NCBI GenBank assembly: GCA_000002445.1
Contig: CM000208.1
Coordinates: 2,912,001-2,976,000, forward strand
DNA from: Trypanosoma brucei
Taxonomy: Eukaryota
Direction of reading: 5' to 3'
Length of the DNA: 64,000 nt
A model generated the notes under the pieces. It did not search any database. It was not told the DNA's origin and saw only the letters and a list, made by a program, of their open reading frames with translations. Shown here piece by piece: positions 21,601-32,985 of the stretch. Position 1 is the first letter of the stretch. Every line of letters starts with the position of its first letter. The translations under genes were made by a program, and so were the position numbers.

Positions 21601-22377
21601 TTATACTAACGGCATAGCATCGTCCGCAGCGGCCTTTGCTGCGGCTTCCTGCTGCCGTCGTCTCTCAATCTCCTCAAATGCCGCCCGCTCTAGTTCCTCC
21701 TTTGTAGGTGGGACATATGTTCCCTGCAACCGAGAGGCCAATTCCGGTAAGCTACATTCTTTAGGGAGGAGCGAACGGAGTTGTTGCACCTCCGCGGGAT
21801 TCAAAACGCTCTCCCCATTGGTTGTGACCAACTCGACTAATTCATCGATGGTAATGCTGTCATCGCCTTCCGTGTCCAGAATTCTTAGCGCCCCCAATAC
21901 CTCTTTTTGCTCAGTCACCGCGTCGCGATAAATTTCCTCAACGCATGATATAAATATATTCCAGTCAATGTTCTTTACCTCTTCAGCAGGTGTAATCTTT
22001 ACGGGCTGCTGCGGATTTTGCCCATCCTGCACTGTTCCTTCAGCAGAGCGATCCCCAGCTAATTTCGTGTTTTTCTTCATTGCAACTGTACCTATTCGCT
22101 TCCTATCCTTCATCTCCTCGCGCCGCTGCTCCTTGTCTCGTCTTATTTCCTCGTTGCGTCGCCACTCCTCCAGTCGAAGCACGGGCTCCGCCATCCGCTC
22201 ACGCAAATAGTCGATATCATCTTGTGTTGGATTCATCCCCATGGCCCGCAGTAGCGTCACGCAGTCCAAAAGTGAAACCAGCTTCTCCTTGTTTTCAAGC
22301 AGGTTGAACGTGACCTCCGCGTCATTGTACACTTCACTTGTCAACACACGGGGGTGGCGCCGCTGACGTTCTTCCAT
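21601..22377 (-). CDS. EF-hand-like domain protein with a charged coiled region (259 aa after trimming)
   Basis: EF-loop-like DTEGDDSITIDE and an upstream helix-loop-helix. The six-frame ORF (to 22698) was trimmed to MEERQRR (ATG revcomp at 22375-22377). The upstream part translates low-complexity UTR. Confidence 0.45.
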   Translation of the reverse strand: MEERQRRHPRVLTSEVYNDAEVTFNLLENKEKLVSLLDCVTLLRAMGMNPTQDDIDYLRERMAEPVLRLEEWRRNEEIRRDKEQRREEMKDRKRIGTVAMKKNTKLAGDRSAEGTVQDGQNPQQPVKITPAEEVKNIDWNIFISCVEEIYRDAVTEQKEVLGALRILDTEGDDSITIDELVELVTTNGESVLNPAEVQQLRSLLPKECSLPELASRLQGTYVPPTKEELERAAFEEIERRRQQEAAAKAAADDAMPLV

Positions 22378-23247
22378 TCCCGCGACGCTGCTGCGTATCT
22401 GTATCTTCACACTTCCTCTACAATACGCTATCAAAACAACAAAAATAAATCCTGTGCACAACCAAAGTGGATACCAAACAAGGACAGGATAGCTAGAGAA
22501 GGGACAAACTGGGGAATCTAGCACAGAACAAAAGTTTTGAATGTCGAGAGGCGTAGCCCAACTCCGTTCTGAAACCTGGAGAGTAACTCGCAGGGACATG
22601 AAAGAGTAAAATACAATAAAAATTATTATATCCAAGAACAAAAATGAAAACGAACGTGGCCCCTCCGCGGACCAGCCGGTGCCCAACTTAGTACTCATAT
22701 CTCCTCATGCAGTACACGGAGGTGAATAAATTCGTAATGATGGTAGTGATAACAGCGGTGGAAGCGGAAAGGAGAATGGGGAATATCAATCTAATAAAAG
22801 TCTAACCCAGTTGAGCAGATGAATTTTCTCCACAACGAAAAGCTCGTTTCGACTGTCTCGCTCCCATTCCTTCTCTTTCGTCCCTTTCACTGTCATTACC
22901 TGCCCCGTGTTTCTCTTTTCGTTTCTCCTTCTTTTAAAATTTGTCATAAGTCAACACACCTGCGAGTGGCATGTATTTGGCAACGGTAACGATCCTATTA
23001 ATAATTACAACATCAAATTAATAACGATGATGATCATAATATTAATAATACGCTACATGTTGGACGAATATACAAATGAAGAATTATTATGCAGTCAAAA
23101 TAAAATGGAATGAAAAGAATGGGCATCATGTCACCACAAGCATTAGGTTTTTCTTTCGCATATTCATTTTCATTTGCTCACTCATTTACTTTTCACTGCT
23201 TTATTACACGTTACTGGCTCGTTTTCTGTTTGATGCTTATGAAGAAA

Positions 23248-23263
23248 ATATATATATATATAT
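23248..23263. repeat. (AT)8 dinucleotide repeat in a 1-kb AT-rich intergenic region
   Basis: Read directly. Confidence 0.85.
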
Positions 23264-23751
23264 GGAGGCAATGGTAATTATAACAAAAAGTGTGGGAAGT
23301 CTCCCCAGTTTGATATCATGATGAAAATTCCCGGGTCATGTTCAGTTTCGGACAACTTCAAAAAAAAAAGAAACGAAGAGTAGACGAGCACACAGACGCA
23401 CACACGCACACACACGCCAAAGCAAGCCAAACCAGGCACACGCTTATGATACTTTTGATAAACCCATTACTGTTGGAAAAAATGATCTGTGTGTTCAGGA
23501 AAGAAAAAAAATACGAAGGAAGGAAGAAAATCTGATACCTACCGCTGAACGCGGTGTCAAACAATATTAACGATTTATTTCGGTTTGTTTCAGTTTTCCC
23601 ACCTCCCTATCTCCTTTCCCTGTGCGCAGGCCCGCATACACACGCGGTAAGGTTGCTGCTTACCGTAAGTTGAATTTTATTCCTCTTCCATTTATCAAGC
23701 TACACCTTGACATGTGAAGTTGTTCACATCGCCGTGTACGTGGCCACGACG

Positions 23752-25200
23752 TCAGTTAGTGGAAAGCAGGGCCTTTTCCTCACCTTCTGTCAACTCAAGA
23801 GCTTTTTGTGCGAGTTTCTTCCAATCCCAGCGGCTCATCAGACAATAAAGCAAAATCACTTCAAACACCATACCGGTTAGTAAACCCCCGATTACGCCCT
23901 TCACACCCCATTTGAAGACAAGAACATACAAGGCAATAGAGGGGATGCCCACAAACCATAAAGTGAGAAGCACACCTTGAGCCGCTTGCTTGGGTTGACC
24001 AGCACCTCGGAAAATTCCCTGCAAGCAGAGCTGCAGCGAATCTGCCATGTGAGTTAAGGCAACAAGTGGCATTGTCGATTCAACAGCCTTCGCCACACTG
24101 GGAACGTTAGTGTAGAGACGTGCGACAAATGCCCCATTGTAAACAAGGGCAGCAGCCGTTGCTACACCTAATACAATATCACAAATGATTATAAATTTAG
24201 CATAACGCTTAGAAAACTTGTATCGCCCGGACCCCAACGCATTTCCTACTATGACACTTGCAGAAACGCTTATTCCAAGGGACAGAGCGAACAACAAAGA
24301 TAATATGTTCATAAAGACGCCAACAACCGCCAGTGCGAGAGGTGATATGGTAACTGCAAAACACGCTTGCAGCTCGAATGCCCACCACTCAGCACATACA
24401 GCCACTAGCGACGGTAGTCCCACTCTAAGGAAAGTTATCCATTCATCTTTCCTCAGAAGTGCGGGAGACGGCCACGGGGCGTCAAAGATTACGACAGCGG
24501 GGTGAAACGCAGCGATCAGCGAGACGGCGATAGCACATACACTCACTGTGCAGCCAAGGGCCCAAGCCGCGCCATGAACCCCCAATGGTGTTAGATAATA
24601 GTTAATGAAAGGAGAAGCCACAGCTGACACGAAGTTAGCCAAGGCGACAAGAGACGGCTGCCGCTGTGCAAGTAATGTTTTGCTAACAACACCGCTTACG
24701 ATCTGCGCTAGTAAGTAGAGCGGACAGTGTGCGAGAAACAGAGCACCTCCCTCGCCGAGACCTTCACCGAACGAAAACACCATGAAAGGTTTGCTTGTGA
24801 TGAAGAAGATACTCATTAAAGCCCATAAGACAAGATCAATAACGAGAGCTCTTTGTAGCGTTTCGCCAATCAGAGGGGAATGTGGGTCGTGACCATAGGC
24901 CTGTGAGCTAATAGTATCGATTGCAGCGCCCAACCCACAAACGATGGACATGGCAAGGACATTGAAGACGAGAAGCCCAGCACTGTACTCAGACATCCCC
25001 TTTTCCCCAAGATGGTTTCCGACGAACATCAGCGTAATCGTTTGAGACGCCATCATGAGAATTCCACTAATATCCGTCGGTATCAAAATTTTCAGCGTTT
25101 GGATTAACAACGTAACGAGGCCTTCGTCACCGTCAGCACAACGATCCTGTACACGACCCTCCTTACCTTCCTTGCATTGTGATGCAGGCTTGGCTGTCAT
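23752..25200 (-). CDS. MATE-family (multidrug and toxin extrusion) transporter
   Basis: 12-TM-like hydrophobic profile and MATE-like motifs (QTITLMFVGNHLGE...AAIDTISSQAYG). Start trimmed to MTAKPAS (ATG revcomp at 25198-25200). The upstream FLFLLLLL is a polypyrimidine translation. Confidence 0.8.
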   Translation of the reverse strand: MTAKPASQCKEGKEGRVQDRCADGDEGLVTLLIQTLKILIPTDISGILMMASQTITLMFVGNHLGEKGMSEYSAGLLVFNVLAMSIVCGLGAAIDTISSQAYGHDPHSPLIGETLQRALVIDLVLWALMSIFFITSKPFMVFSFGEGLGEGGALFLAHCPLYLLAQIVSGVVSKTLLAQRQPSLVALANFVSAVASPFINYYLTPLGVHGAAWALGCTVSVCAIAVSLIAAFHPAVVIFDAPWPSPALLRKDEWITFLRVGLPSLVAVCAEWWAFELQACFAVTISPLALAVVGVFMNILSLLFALSLGISVSASVIVGNALGSGRYKFSKRYAKFIIICDIVLGVATAAALVYNGAFVARLYTNVPSVAKAVESTMPLVALTHMADSLQLCLQGIFRGAGQPKQAAQGVLLTLWFVGIPSIALYVLVFKWGVKGVIGGLLTGMVFEVILLYCLMSRWDWKKLAQKALELTEGEEKALLSTN

Positions 25201-25596
25201 GATTATTTCCTTCAGACTCTTATGGTGAGGAGGGAAGCGTACAAGAAAAAAAATTCCCCTGCGAGAAGTGCGGAGAAGAAGCAAAAGAAAAAGAAAAAGA
25301 CAGAAAGGAAAGGAAACGGGTAGATAATCACCAACAGAAATAAGAGATGCCTTCATCGTACAAAGAAAAATAGGTATTCCCCTCCATGTGGTAGACACCG
25401 TCAACTTAAAACATAATCCATTTTACATGTGCTGTCTAGGTATCGACAAAAGACTCTTTGCATCCAGTCTTTCATTCTTTCCTTTCGCCGTGCGCAAACG
25501 TGCAGGTTCAATCACCGGTGTGGAGCTGACCTTCATATTCTTATGGCGCTCTAAAGTGAAAAGAATGAGAAAAGCCAAGCGGTGAACAGGGGATTA

Positions 25597-26283
25597 TTAT
25601 GACTCAAGCAGTAATACAGACGCCGCAAGACCCGCCTTAGCGTCGTTTACAGAAGACATGACATCCTCTAAACGCACCGCGAAAAGTGAGGCATCTGCCG
25701 TCCCTGCGGAAATCTTCTGAAGCTGCTCAAACTCTTCAGACGACATCCCCTTCTTAATGGTGTGCAACGTGTATGGCGGCAAACCCTCGTTTCCCACAGA
25801 GTATTCACCAAACCCCAACTTTCTCACATCCCTTAGGTCAAATCCAGCAGAAGTGAGGAGTTCGTGGTTTTGCCACGTTATGTTGTCACCACTGTCTTTC
25901 GCACCGCAGAATGCCTCGGTGGTGAGGCCACATCCGACGGCTACGCAACGGCGTTGAAGAAGTAGGGCGTACCTCACAGTCTCCACAATGACAACAGGCA
26001 GAAGTATTGCGGGAGAAAAATCAGACATCTCGACAGGTTGAACAATTTTTCCAGTGGGTGTGTTACACTCCACGTCCATAATAACCCCTACAACACGCCG
26101 TGCAATGTGTCGGACGTTGCGTACGAGAAACGCAGAAGGCACCAGCCCACTTGACTCACACGCAGCCACATAGTTCATGAAAGGCACATACGTCGCCACC
26201 GCTTTCACCATGTCTTCTCCGTCATCACGATACGTCTTATGTGCCGTAAGCAGCGCAACATCCTTTCCAATCTTAACCTCCAT
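25597..26283 (-). CDS. Hypothetical protein (228 aa after trimming)
   Basis: The ORF continues from MEVKIGKD (ATG revcomp at 26281-26283). The upstream 75 codons translate a C/T-rich tract. No family recognised. Confidence 0.5.
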   Translation of the reverse strand: MEVKIGKDVALLTAHKTYRDDGEDMVKAVATYVPFMNYVAACESSGLVPSAFLVRNVRHIARRVVGVIMDVECNTPTGKIVQPVEMSDFSPAILLPVVIVETVRYALLLQRRCVAVGCGLTTEAFCGAKDSGDNITWQNHELLTSAGFDLRDVRKLGFGEYSVGNEGLPPYTLHTIKKGMSSEEFEQLQKISAGTADASLFAVRLEDVMSSVNDAKAGLAASVLLLES

Positions 26284-26577
26284 TCCCTTTTCTACCCTCG
26301 ATTTTCTAGTAGTAAGTCCGTTACCACCTCTTGAGACTCGCACGAAAAAGATCACAAGTTGGGGAAACCGATACAAAAAAGGTAAGATAAAAGTAAAGGT
26401 ACGCCGCAAATCGACACCCACCAACACGAATGGGTGTACACAAGTAAATGATGGTAGCCGTGCAGATATATGCCGAAGCACACACAGAGAGAACGAGGAG
26501 CAGGTCAATGATCGTTTGCACCTCAGTTTCTGCTTAATTCCATCATCCTTTAATTAACTCTCAAAGGCGCCTTGGGG

Positions 26578-27006
26578 TTACACATTTCGGTTACCCCGGG
26601 CCTGCAAACCGAGCAATGACAATAACTTTTGTACGGGCGGCGAAAGCATTACCGGTCCGAGAAGCGGGACAGACTCTAAAACGCGCGCTACCATCGGAAA
26701 GAAGTTTCCGAAGAGGTTCAGGGTACCAAACCCCTGTATCATGAGACCTATGAGTGACCGTCCCAACATGATGAGAAGCATCCCAATGAAGAAGCAGCAG
26801 GACGCACGGCGGCGAAACAGGAAGAAGGACTTGAATCGACTTGGACCCATAACTAATGCGATGCCAGCAACGAAAAGAACGTTTCCCATAGTCAAAAGAA
26901 CACTATCCAGAAACATCACGATGCCTATAAAGTTGAAGAACACTCCTAGCGAGGTAAGAGCAATGCCAATCTTCGTTGAATCATTCCAGCTGTATAAAGA
27001 GTCCAT
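26578..27006 (-). CDS. GOT1: Got1/Sft2-like Golgi vesicle-transport protein
   Basis: 142 aa with four predicted TM helices. The hydrophobic-segment pattern and spacing (LTSLGVFFNFIGIVMF...LFVAGIALVMG) match the Got1 family. Confidence 0.7.
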   Translation of the reverse strand: MDSLYSWNDSTKIGIALTSLGVFFNFIGIVMFLDSVLLTMGNVLFVAGIALVMGPSRFKSFFLFRRRASCCFFIGMLLIMLGRSLIGLMIQGFGTLNLFGNFFPMVARVLESVPLLGPVMLSPPVQKLLSLLGLQARGNRNV

Positions 27007-27222
27007 TTGGCAGTGTCAGGATATCACCTGTTTTTTTTTTCACCCTAGTTGCAATGCCAACCGCGAATGATCCGTGTGGGTCAACGTATGAGTTTGACAA
27101 TAAAGTATCAAAGGTGTAAATACTCGTTGAAAGGAAAGAAAGAAACAAGGAATGAAAAGATTCGGTGTTGTTATACATAAATGTGAAGCAAACAAAAAGA
27201 TAATTTACTAGTGATAAGACTT

Positions 27223-27234
27223 CCCCCCCCCCCC
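27223..27234. repeat. C12 homopolymer (G12 on the transcribed strand) in the Got1-NOC2 intergenic region
   Basis: Read directly. Confidence 0.9.
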
Positions 27235-27396
27235 GCATCCTGGAGGAGGAGCCTCACGACGGTTGAAATTAGAACGAGAAGGGGAACTTCCTTTTTTTTT
27301 TTACACTTCCTTGCGCATGCGTGTTACACGAACTCATTTTTATGTTACTTACTGTTTATCCGTTGCACACCTTTCGTACAACCCTCAATTTTAACT

Positions 27397-29346
27397 CTAG
27401 GAGTTGTGGTCGCTCCTTTGTCGCTTGCGATTCTTTTTGCTCTTTTCCCTCTCCACGGTGGCCTCCAACGTAACCCTTTCTTCCCCATTTGCATCTTTCT
27501 GTTTAGCAGCGAAGGCCTCAATACGCTGCTGCCGCAGCGATTGGTAGTATGTAATCAATGGGTTTCCAGATGCTTTCAGTTCGTCCTCCATTTGTTTTAC
27601 TGCAGCCAAATCACATGGGCCGGGCCCGGATTGCTCGCGCTTCGATACGATTTTTTGGTTTGTAGTTTGAATGTGGCGCAAGAGGGCGCTTAATTGGGCA
27701 TGCACCTTTGGTACCTTTACCTCCGTGCGCAGTCGTTTCAAAGTCACTTCAACAGACCAAAAAGCCTCAGGAAAGCCGACCGTGTGGCTGTGCGTCGCCA
27801 GGTGTTCCGAAAGAAGATAAAGACATTCAGACCACACACTTCGATGATAGGAGAAGTTGCGTGCCTGAGACTTCTTTACACGAATTGTGAAGCGCAAATC
27901 CACCGGGTCGCCTGTTTCCCCCCGTCCACTACCATTACTGTGGTGACCCAAGGCAATGCTTGGTGACGTGAGAATACGCAGGAGGTAAGGCGCCACAGGT
28001 ATAAAAACACCATCAGCACGAAGTGCAATGTGGTTGAGCACTTCAATAACCTGGAGGTGCATGGGGAACATGCGTGGAGAGGAAAAAAGGTCCATAAGCC
28101 CAGTAGCGAGTTGGACGACAGGATGAATAAGGGGCCCGAGTTGCGATGCTTCGGAATAATTTGACACAACAGCGCCCCATGCGCGCAGTGCGTTGAGGTA
28201 TTGCCAGTTTACCACAGCACGTACATTACTCTGCGATTGTTGCTGCAGGGCCCCGCGAAGATAAATCGCCAGCTGACGCAGGTATACGAATGCGTGCTGA
28301 TAAGCTGCTTCCATGTCAGTCCCATAGAGGTCAACCACACAGTTGGTGAGAAACGCTAACAGAGGAGCGTTGCGGATGTTATAACTGTGCGCCGTGCGTA
28401 TGAGTGTGAGAAACACACCCTTAAAGGCCGTTGACTGATACATAGAACGGGTACCCGTCGCACGCGTCGCAATTGAGCGAACAACAACATAAGCAGCGAC
28501 GCGGACAGACTCCTCTGTTGCACAACAAAGTAAAAGGGATGCCTTCAAAACAGATTTTGTCATACCCTTTAGGAAATGGAGGATGGGTACAAAAGCTACT
28601 AAAGCGTGAAGCAGGCCAGCCGCCAGCGCAGCGTCAGTGTTGCTCTCGTCCAAGCTGACCACCAAAGACGACAATATACGCCTCACCAAATGCCGTGTTT
28701 TGGGCGTTTTGAACGCTCCTTTACCGGTGATGACGGTGCTAAGGTTCGAGCCAATAAACTGGGCAACACGTAGCATGGACTCTTTCACCAGCGATGGGTC
28801 TTCGAATTTGCGCCTGGTGCTTGCCCTGGGGCTCTCTTTTACACGGTACCCGAGTTCACGCAGCGCGCTTACAAAAATGTTAACACACGCTTCCACATTC
28901 TTCTCCTTAATCAGGCGGTCGAGCTCCCCACTTGTGACACGTGACTCCTGAATCGACTGCTCTCCATTCCCCTCGTCAGCGATCCCGCTTATGTTATCAT
29001 CGCCATCGTCTATGTCGTTACCATCCTCTTCTTCATCTGGCTCCGTTTCAGCGTCACTGCCCTCGTTCTCATCCACAATATCCATGTCCTTGTCCCCAAA
29101 CTGCAGTAAAGTGGGATCCTCTTCCTCGAGGTACGAATAAAACTCCGGGTCCGTATCCTTCAGCCGCTCCAGTTGCTCTTGATGCTCCCGCTCCTCACGC
29201 TCTGCCTCCTTTTCTTCCCGCACCTTTTTCCTTTCCACACGCTCCAGCTTCTCCTTCTTCGCCTTGGCGCCCTTACGTCGGTTTTCAATCACAGTCGCCA
29301 AATGCTTCTTCGCATACTTCTTGAACGATTTTTTTTCCTTTGCCAT
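27397..29346 (-). CDS. NOC2: Nucleolar complex protein 2 (NOC2) homolog
   Basis: The N-terminal lysine-rich KKFKKYAKKHL motif and DPEFYSYLEEEDPTLLQF are both hallmark NOC2 motifs. An acidic stretch and a C-terminal helical domain follow. 649 aa. Confidence 0.8.
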   Translation of the reverse strand: MAKEKKSFKKYAKKHLATVIENRRKGAKAKKEKLERVERKKVREEKEAEREEREHQEQLERLKDTDPEFYSYLEEEDPTLLQFGDKDMDIVDENEGSDAETEPDEEEDGNDIDDGDDNISGIADEGNGEQSIQESRVTSGELDRLIKEKNVEACVNIFVSALRELGYRVKESPRASTRRKFEDPSLVKESMLRVAQFIGSNLSTVITGKGAFKTPKTRHLVRRILSSLVVSLDESNTDAALAAGLLHALVAFVPILHFLKGMTKSVLKASLLLCCATEESVRVAAYVVVRSIATRATGTRSMYQSTAFKGVFLTLIRTAHSYNIRNAPLLAFLTNCVVDLYGTDMEAAYQHAFVYLRQLAIYLRGALQQQSQSNVRAVVNWQYLNALRAWGAVVSNYSEASQLGPLIHPVVQLATGLMDLFSSPRMFPMHLQVIEVLNHIALRADGVFIPVAPYLLRILTSPSIALGHHSNGSGRGETGDPVDLRFTIRVKKSQARNFSYHRSVWSECLYLLSEHLATHSHTVGFPEAFWSVEVTLKRLRTEVKVPKVHAQLSALLRHIQTTNQKIVSKREQSGPGPCDLAAVKQMEDELKASGNPLITYYQSLRQQRIEAFAAKQKDANGEERVTLEATVEREKSKKNRKRQRSDHNS

Positions 29347-29858
29347 GGCGGTCTGAGGCTGTCGCCGTATTATGAGCTAAATTGCAGAAAGGAAAAAAAA
29401 AAAAAATGGCGTCTCCCTATCACCGACACCAATATTTAGGTACTCTCGCTTGCTCTGTGCTACCACTTTTGCTATTTTCGTATCCGCTTTTAGCCTATCC
29501 GGGGAAGGGCCTTGTTGCGCACAGTTATGGCAAGTCCTAACAGAAAAGGGGGAAAAAAGGCGAACAGAACGGAACGGAAAATTCCTTGGTTCAGTTGGAA
29601 CAAGGTCAGCGGAGAAGTTACAAATAACCGTCAAACATATTCCAGTGAGGCGGAGAAAAGTCAAAAACATACCGCGCAAACCGAGTTTAAGGTCTAAACA
29701 GAAGCACCTTTTTATCCCCCAACCAGATAAGCTTCCCCTTCTCTTTTTTTCCCAAAAAAAAAAAAACTGTATCATTTCGGAGAAGCTCGGCATCTTCAAA
29801 CAACTGTAGCTTACAACGAGGAACCAGGCTTCCTTTTGTATTGTTTCTATGCGAGTGT

Positions 29859-32462
29859 CTACATTATTACACAGTAATGGCAACCCTGTTTAACAGGGTC
29901 TCTGTCTCTATGGTTATCTCTATTTTCCCGCTTCGTTTTCTTTCCTTTTCCTTTGTGAACCTCGGGGGACTCACTTGCAAGAGTACCACTAAGCTCGAGG
30001 ATTTCACCACGCGGACAGTCCAGGCGGTTCTCTTCTTCACAAGCGACTAATATGTGTGAACTCTTTGGCTGAGATTCCAATAACCCGGGAGACGAAGACG
30101 TATTAGCCGTCGTTCCAACGGTCAGCTCCACTTCCTTGAAGGAAATTTCGCTCTCGTCTCCGCCCGCATGCAGAGAAGGTTGATCATCAAGTGTCTCAAC
30201 GTCACACTGATCAGCACTGTCAGTAATGATTTGCTCACCAACACTTTGAGGTGATTGTTCTCCCTTTTCGGGGTCTATATCACACGATACCGCACGTACC
30301 GCGACCGAATTCGGCAGGGGCACTGGATTGAGCTCCTTTTCCTCACCGCAAAAGGTGGAAGGCGATGATAATGACGATGGTTCTGGATCATCAGCCTCAT
30401 CAATGTCAGCAGAGCCCACAGCCCGACAACACACCATCTCAGTCAAATCCTCTTGGAACTGTACGCTTTCCCATGATATTTGTGAGCGAAAGCCATCACC
30501 ATTTTGTCCTTCATTATGGTCTGTAAGAGCCTTTCGTTGGGGCCCAACTGGACTCCCTATCAAACTGTCCTCCCCCACTTCATAATGATAGGAATAATCC
30601 GACAGCGCATCGAGTACCTCTGAGTTGAAAAAAGGTACAGAGCCATGCGAATCGTTACTTTTCTTGTGTACTGATTGGGACGCATCGGTGTCATTGGAGG
30701 CACCCGCTGGTTGATGCTGTTCTGACTGAAGTGTGACTAAATGTTGGAGAACATTCTCCTTCACCTCGTTTGGTGCATTAAGGGGTGCACCAAACACCAG
30801 TGCTAAAGGCATCAGTGGTTCGAGGGTTAAAAGGCCACCGCAGCACGCAAACGGGCTCCCAGAGGCTCCCAATGGTTCCACAAGTTGTTCGTCCACCTTG
30901 AAGAAAGCCAATAAAAAGATGTTATTGGTCTCGTTATATTCATGCACTTCCCACGAGTGAACCTCTTTACAACTTAGTTTGTGAAGTCCAACACATGCAG
31001 GTATCCCTGCATCAAGCATTGAAAGACCAATTGAAGGGTCACCAACGTCCAGAAAAGCTAAACCGTTTAGTGCCTCAGTCTTGCTGCACGGAGGCAGGCA
31101 TGCCATTAGTGAAACAAAACCAACTACTTGAATCTCCCCAGGCAAGTAGTCATCAAAGTAGTCATCAAAACCTACAGAAAGCTGTGGAAGCATGCTAAGA
31201 GTGCGGCTGACAAGCCAACCCGCAACACGCCTTATGTCTTTCGAACGAAGCAGCCGTTGCTTGTGCCTCATTATTGACCTCTCGCTTCGATCAGGACCTT
31301 CCACTCTGGGGGCAGCATCCTGTGGCGGCGCCGGTGGGGCACAGTTGTCCTGGTATAGCTTAGTTTTCAAAGTGTCGTCATTTCCTGCTGCCACACCGGC
31401 GCATGGATTTATACCCACAATCTTGCGTAATGCTAACAGCTCTTCCAACAGGTTTTTGTGTTCCTTCGGATGAAACAGGGACGAGTCATCATTGGGCTTT
31501 TGGGGCGGTGGCTTTGTCTTGATGTGTTTCAAGCGCTGGGTGTAGCGCATGGTGCTCATAGTCTCCTGTACAAACTGCACATCGGGGTGAATGCAAGCCA
31601 CAAACACAGTCATGGAGGCGCCACATAGATACCGTTGGAGAAGCACTGTAAGTGTCGTGTCACGAAAGTTAACATAAGAAGAAGAACCATCTGGCCTTCG
31701 GCGAATCGTGCTGAGGGCCTCCAAAACAGTGCTAAGACGGGAGAGCGACTTATTTATCGCAATACTCTCACTATTCAGCTGCGGGGAATATGTGGTTTGA
31801 CGCTCACTTCCCGCTAAGTCAACCATACAGAGCCTAAGACCACGACTCTTGATAGTAAAAAGCGCATGGCTCCGACTGCTTCGAGAGTTACGTTCGGTTG
31901 GAGCCGTACGTCTTGTCTCCATGCCGAACGCCGAAACTGCTTCCCATTCCTGCAGAGTTGAAAGCGAACAGGTAGTCAGATCCTCTACTATAATTGCAAC
32001 TCCATCAGGCCCGGCTCGACGCCGAATTAGGCGCCGCTCCCCTTGCGCAAGTAGATCGTGCACATTCTCTCCGTAAACCTCAATCATTGCAACCTCCAAG
32101 TAACCATACATGTCAAGCACAGCCCTCGCCGCGAGAGAAAGGAGACCCGCCTCACGCCGTCCTCCGGCGATCGTATGAGTTTTCCCGCTGTTTGTGTGTC
32201 CATACGCCAGGAAGCATGAGGTGTCAGGCTGCTCCGCAGAAGAAAGAATGCGGTCGTACACGAGTTTCTCAAAAAGCTCTTCATTGCTGCACCTTTCATC
32301 CAAAACCTGGTCCACGCGAAAAATATGAGGGATAGATATCGCATATATACCCGACATATCCGCAACCACAACCTCCTTTCCCTTGTCATCTTTGACGTCT
32401 ACACATGTAGGACTGCCTTCACTTGGTCGTAGACGAACAACCACATGTGTCCTTCGTCCCAT
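29859..32462 (-). CDS. Kinesin with an N-terminal motor domain and an acidic C-terminal region
   Basis: P-loop GHTNSGKTHTI, switch I SSRSHALF, switch II DLAGSER. 867 aa. Confidence 0.9.
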   Translation of the reverse strand: MGRRTHVVVRLRPSEGSPTCVDVKDDKGKEVVVADMSGIYAISIPHIFRVDQVLDERCSNEELFEKLVYDRILSSAEQPDTSCFLAYGHTNSGKTHTIAGGRREAGLLSLAARAVLDMYGYLEVAMIEVYGENVHDLLAQGERRLIRRRAGPDGVAIIVEDLTTCSLSTLQEWEAVSAFGMETRRTAPTERNSRSSRSHALFTIKSRGLRLCMVDLAGSERQTTYSPQLNSESIAINKSLSRLSTVLEALSTIRRRPDGSSSYVNFRDTTLTVLLQRYLCGASMTVFVACIHPDVQFVQETMSTMRYTQRLKHIKTKPPPQKPNDDSSLFHPKEHKNLLEELLALRKIVGINPCAGVAAGNDDTLKTKLYQDNCAPPAPPQDAAPRVEGPDRSERSIMRHKQRLLRSKDIRRVAGWLVSRTLSMLPQLSVGFDDYFDDYLPGEIQVVGFVSLMACLPPCSKTEALNGLAFLDVGDPSIGLSMLDAGIPACVGLHKLSCKEVHSWEVHEYNETNNIFLLAFFKVDEQLVEPLGASGSPFACCGGLLTLEPLMPLALVFGAPLNAPNEVKENVLQHLVTLQSEQHQPAGASNDTDASQSVHKKSNDSHGSVPFFNSEVLDALSDYSYHYEVGEDSLIGSPVGPQRKALTDHNEGQNGDGFRSQISWESVQFQEDLTEMVCCRAVGSADIDEADDPEPSSLSSPSTFCGEEKELNPVPLPNSVAVRAVSCDIDPEKGEQSPQSVGEQIITDSADQCDVETLDDQPSLHAGGDESEISFKEVELTVGTTANTSSSPGLLESQPKSSHILVACEEENRLDCPRGEILELSGTLASESPEVHKGKGKKTKRENRDNHRDRDPVKQGCHYCVIM

Positions 32463-32685
32463 TCACTGGAGTGATGACCGCAACTGAGTCTTCCCAGGGG
32501 GAGAACCAAAGTAAACAAAAGAGAGAGGAATACAAAAAGGGATTCAACAAAGCAGCTAAATTTCATGAGACAACCCTTAAGTCAGGTGGCAACTCTAATG
32601 GACAGATGCTGTAAGGGAACAGTATAAGGGAATAAGAGAAACGGAAACGGCACATTACGGTGGCCACCGAAGAAACGCCCCTCCA

Positions 32686-32710
32686 CCCCCCCCCCCAAAA
32701 AAAAAAAAAA
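32686..32710. repeat. C11 followed by A14 (T14G11 on the transcribed strand) between the longin gene and the kinesin start
   Basis: Read directly. Confidence 0.9.
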
Positions 32711-32985
32711 TATTTCTTGCTTTTTCTGGGTATCTGCGCAACACGTCCTTTAAGTCACCATCCCACAGGGTGGTTGTGAAGTAGGCTCGGAAGCAACCGC
32801 TGACGCTTCAGTTGTGTTACTCACTATGGAGGTTAATGAAGTTAAGAGCCATCACACCAACAAGTCCACTTCCCCCACCCCCGTCAAGGCCTGTTTCCCA
32901 TAACACGGCCCCTGAATTTCCCACTGTCCCTAGTTTCTACCAAATCAGCCTTCGAAACGGGAAAGTAGGTGTGGTCACCCTGAGT

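Noticed and set aside
26284-26508. N-terminal extensions of six-frame ORFs with FLFLLLL or IIIFIVF-like sequence. Examples are 25201-25404, 26284-26508, 22378-22698 and 15848-16093.
   Set aside because: These are translations of upstream T/C-rich (polypyrimidine) tracts and AT-rich UTR. Starts were trimmed to the first Met that begins normal-complexity sequence.
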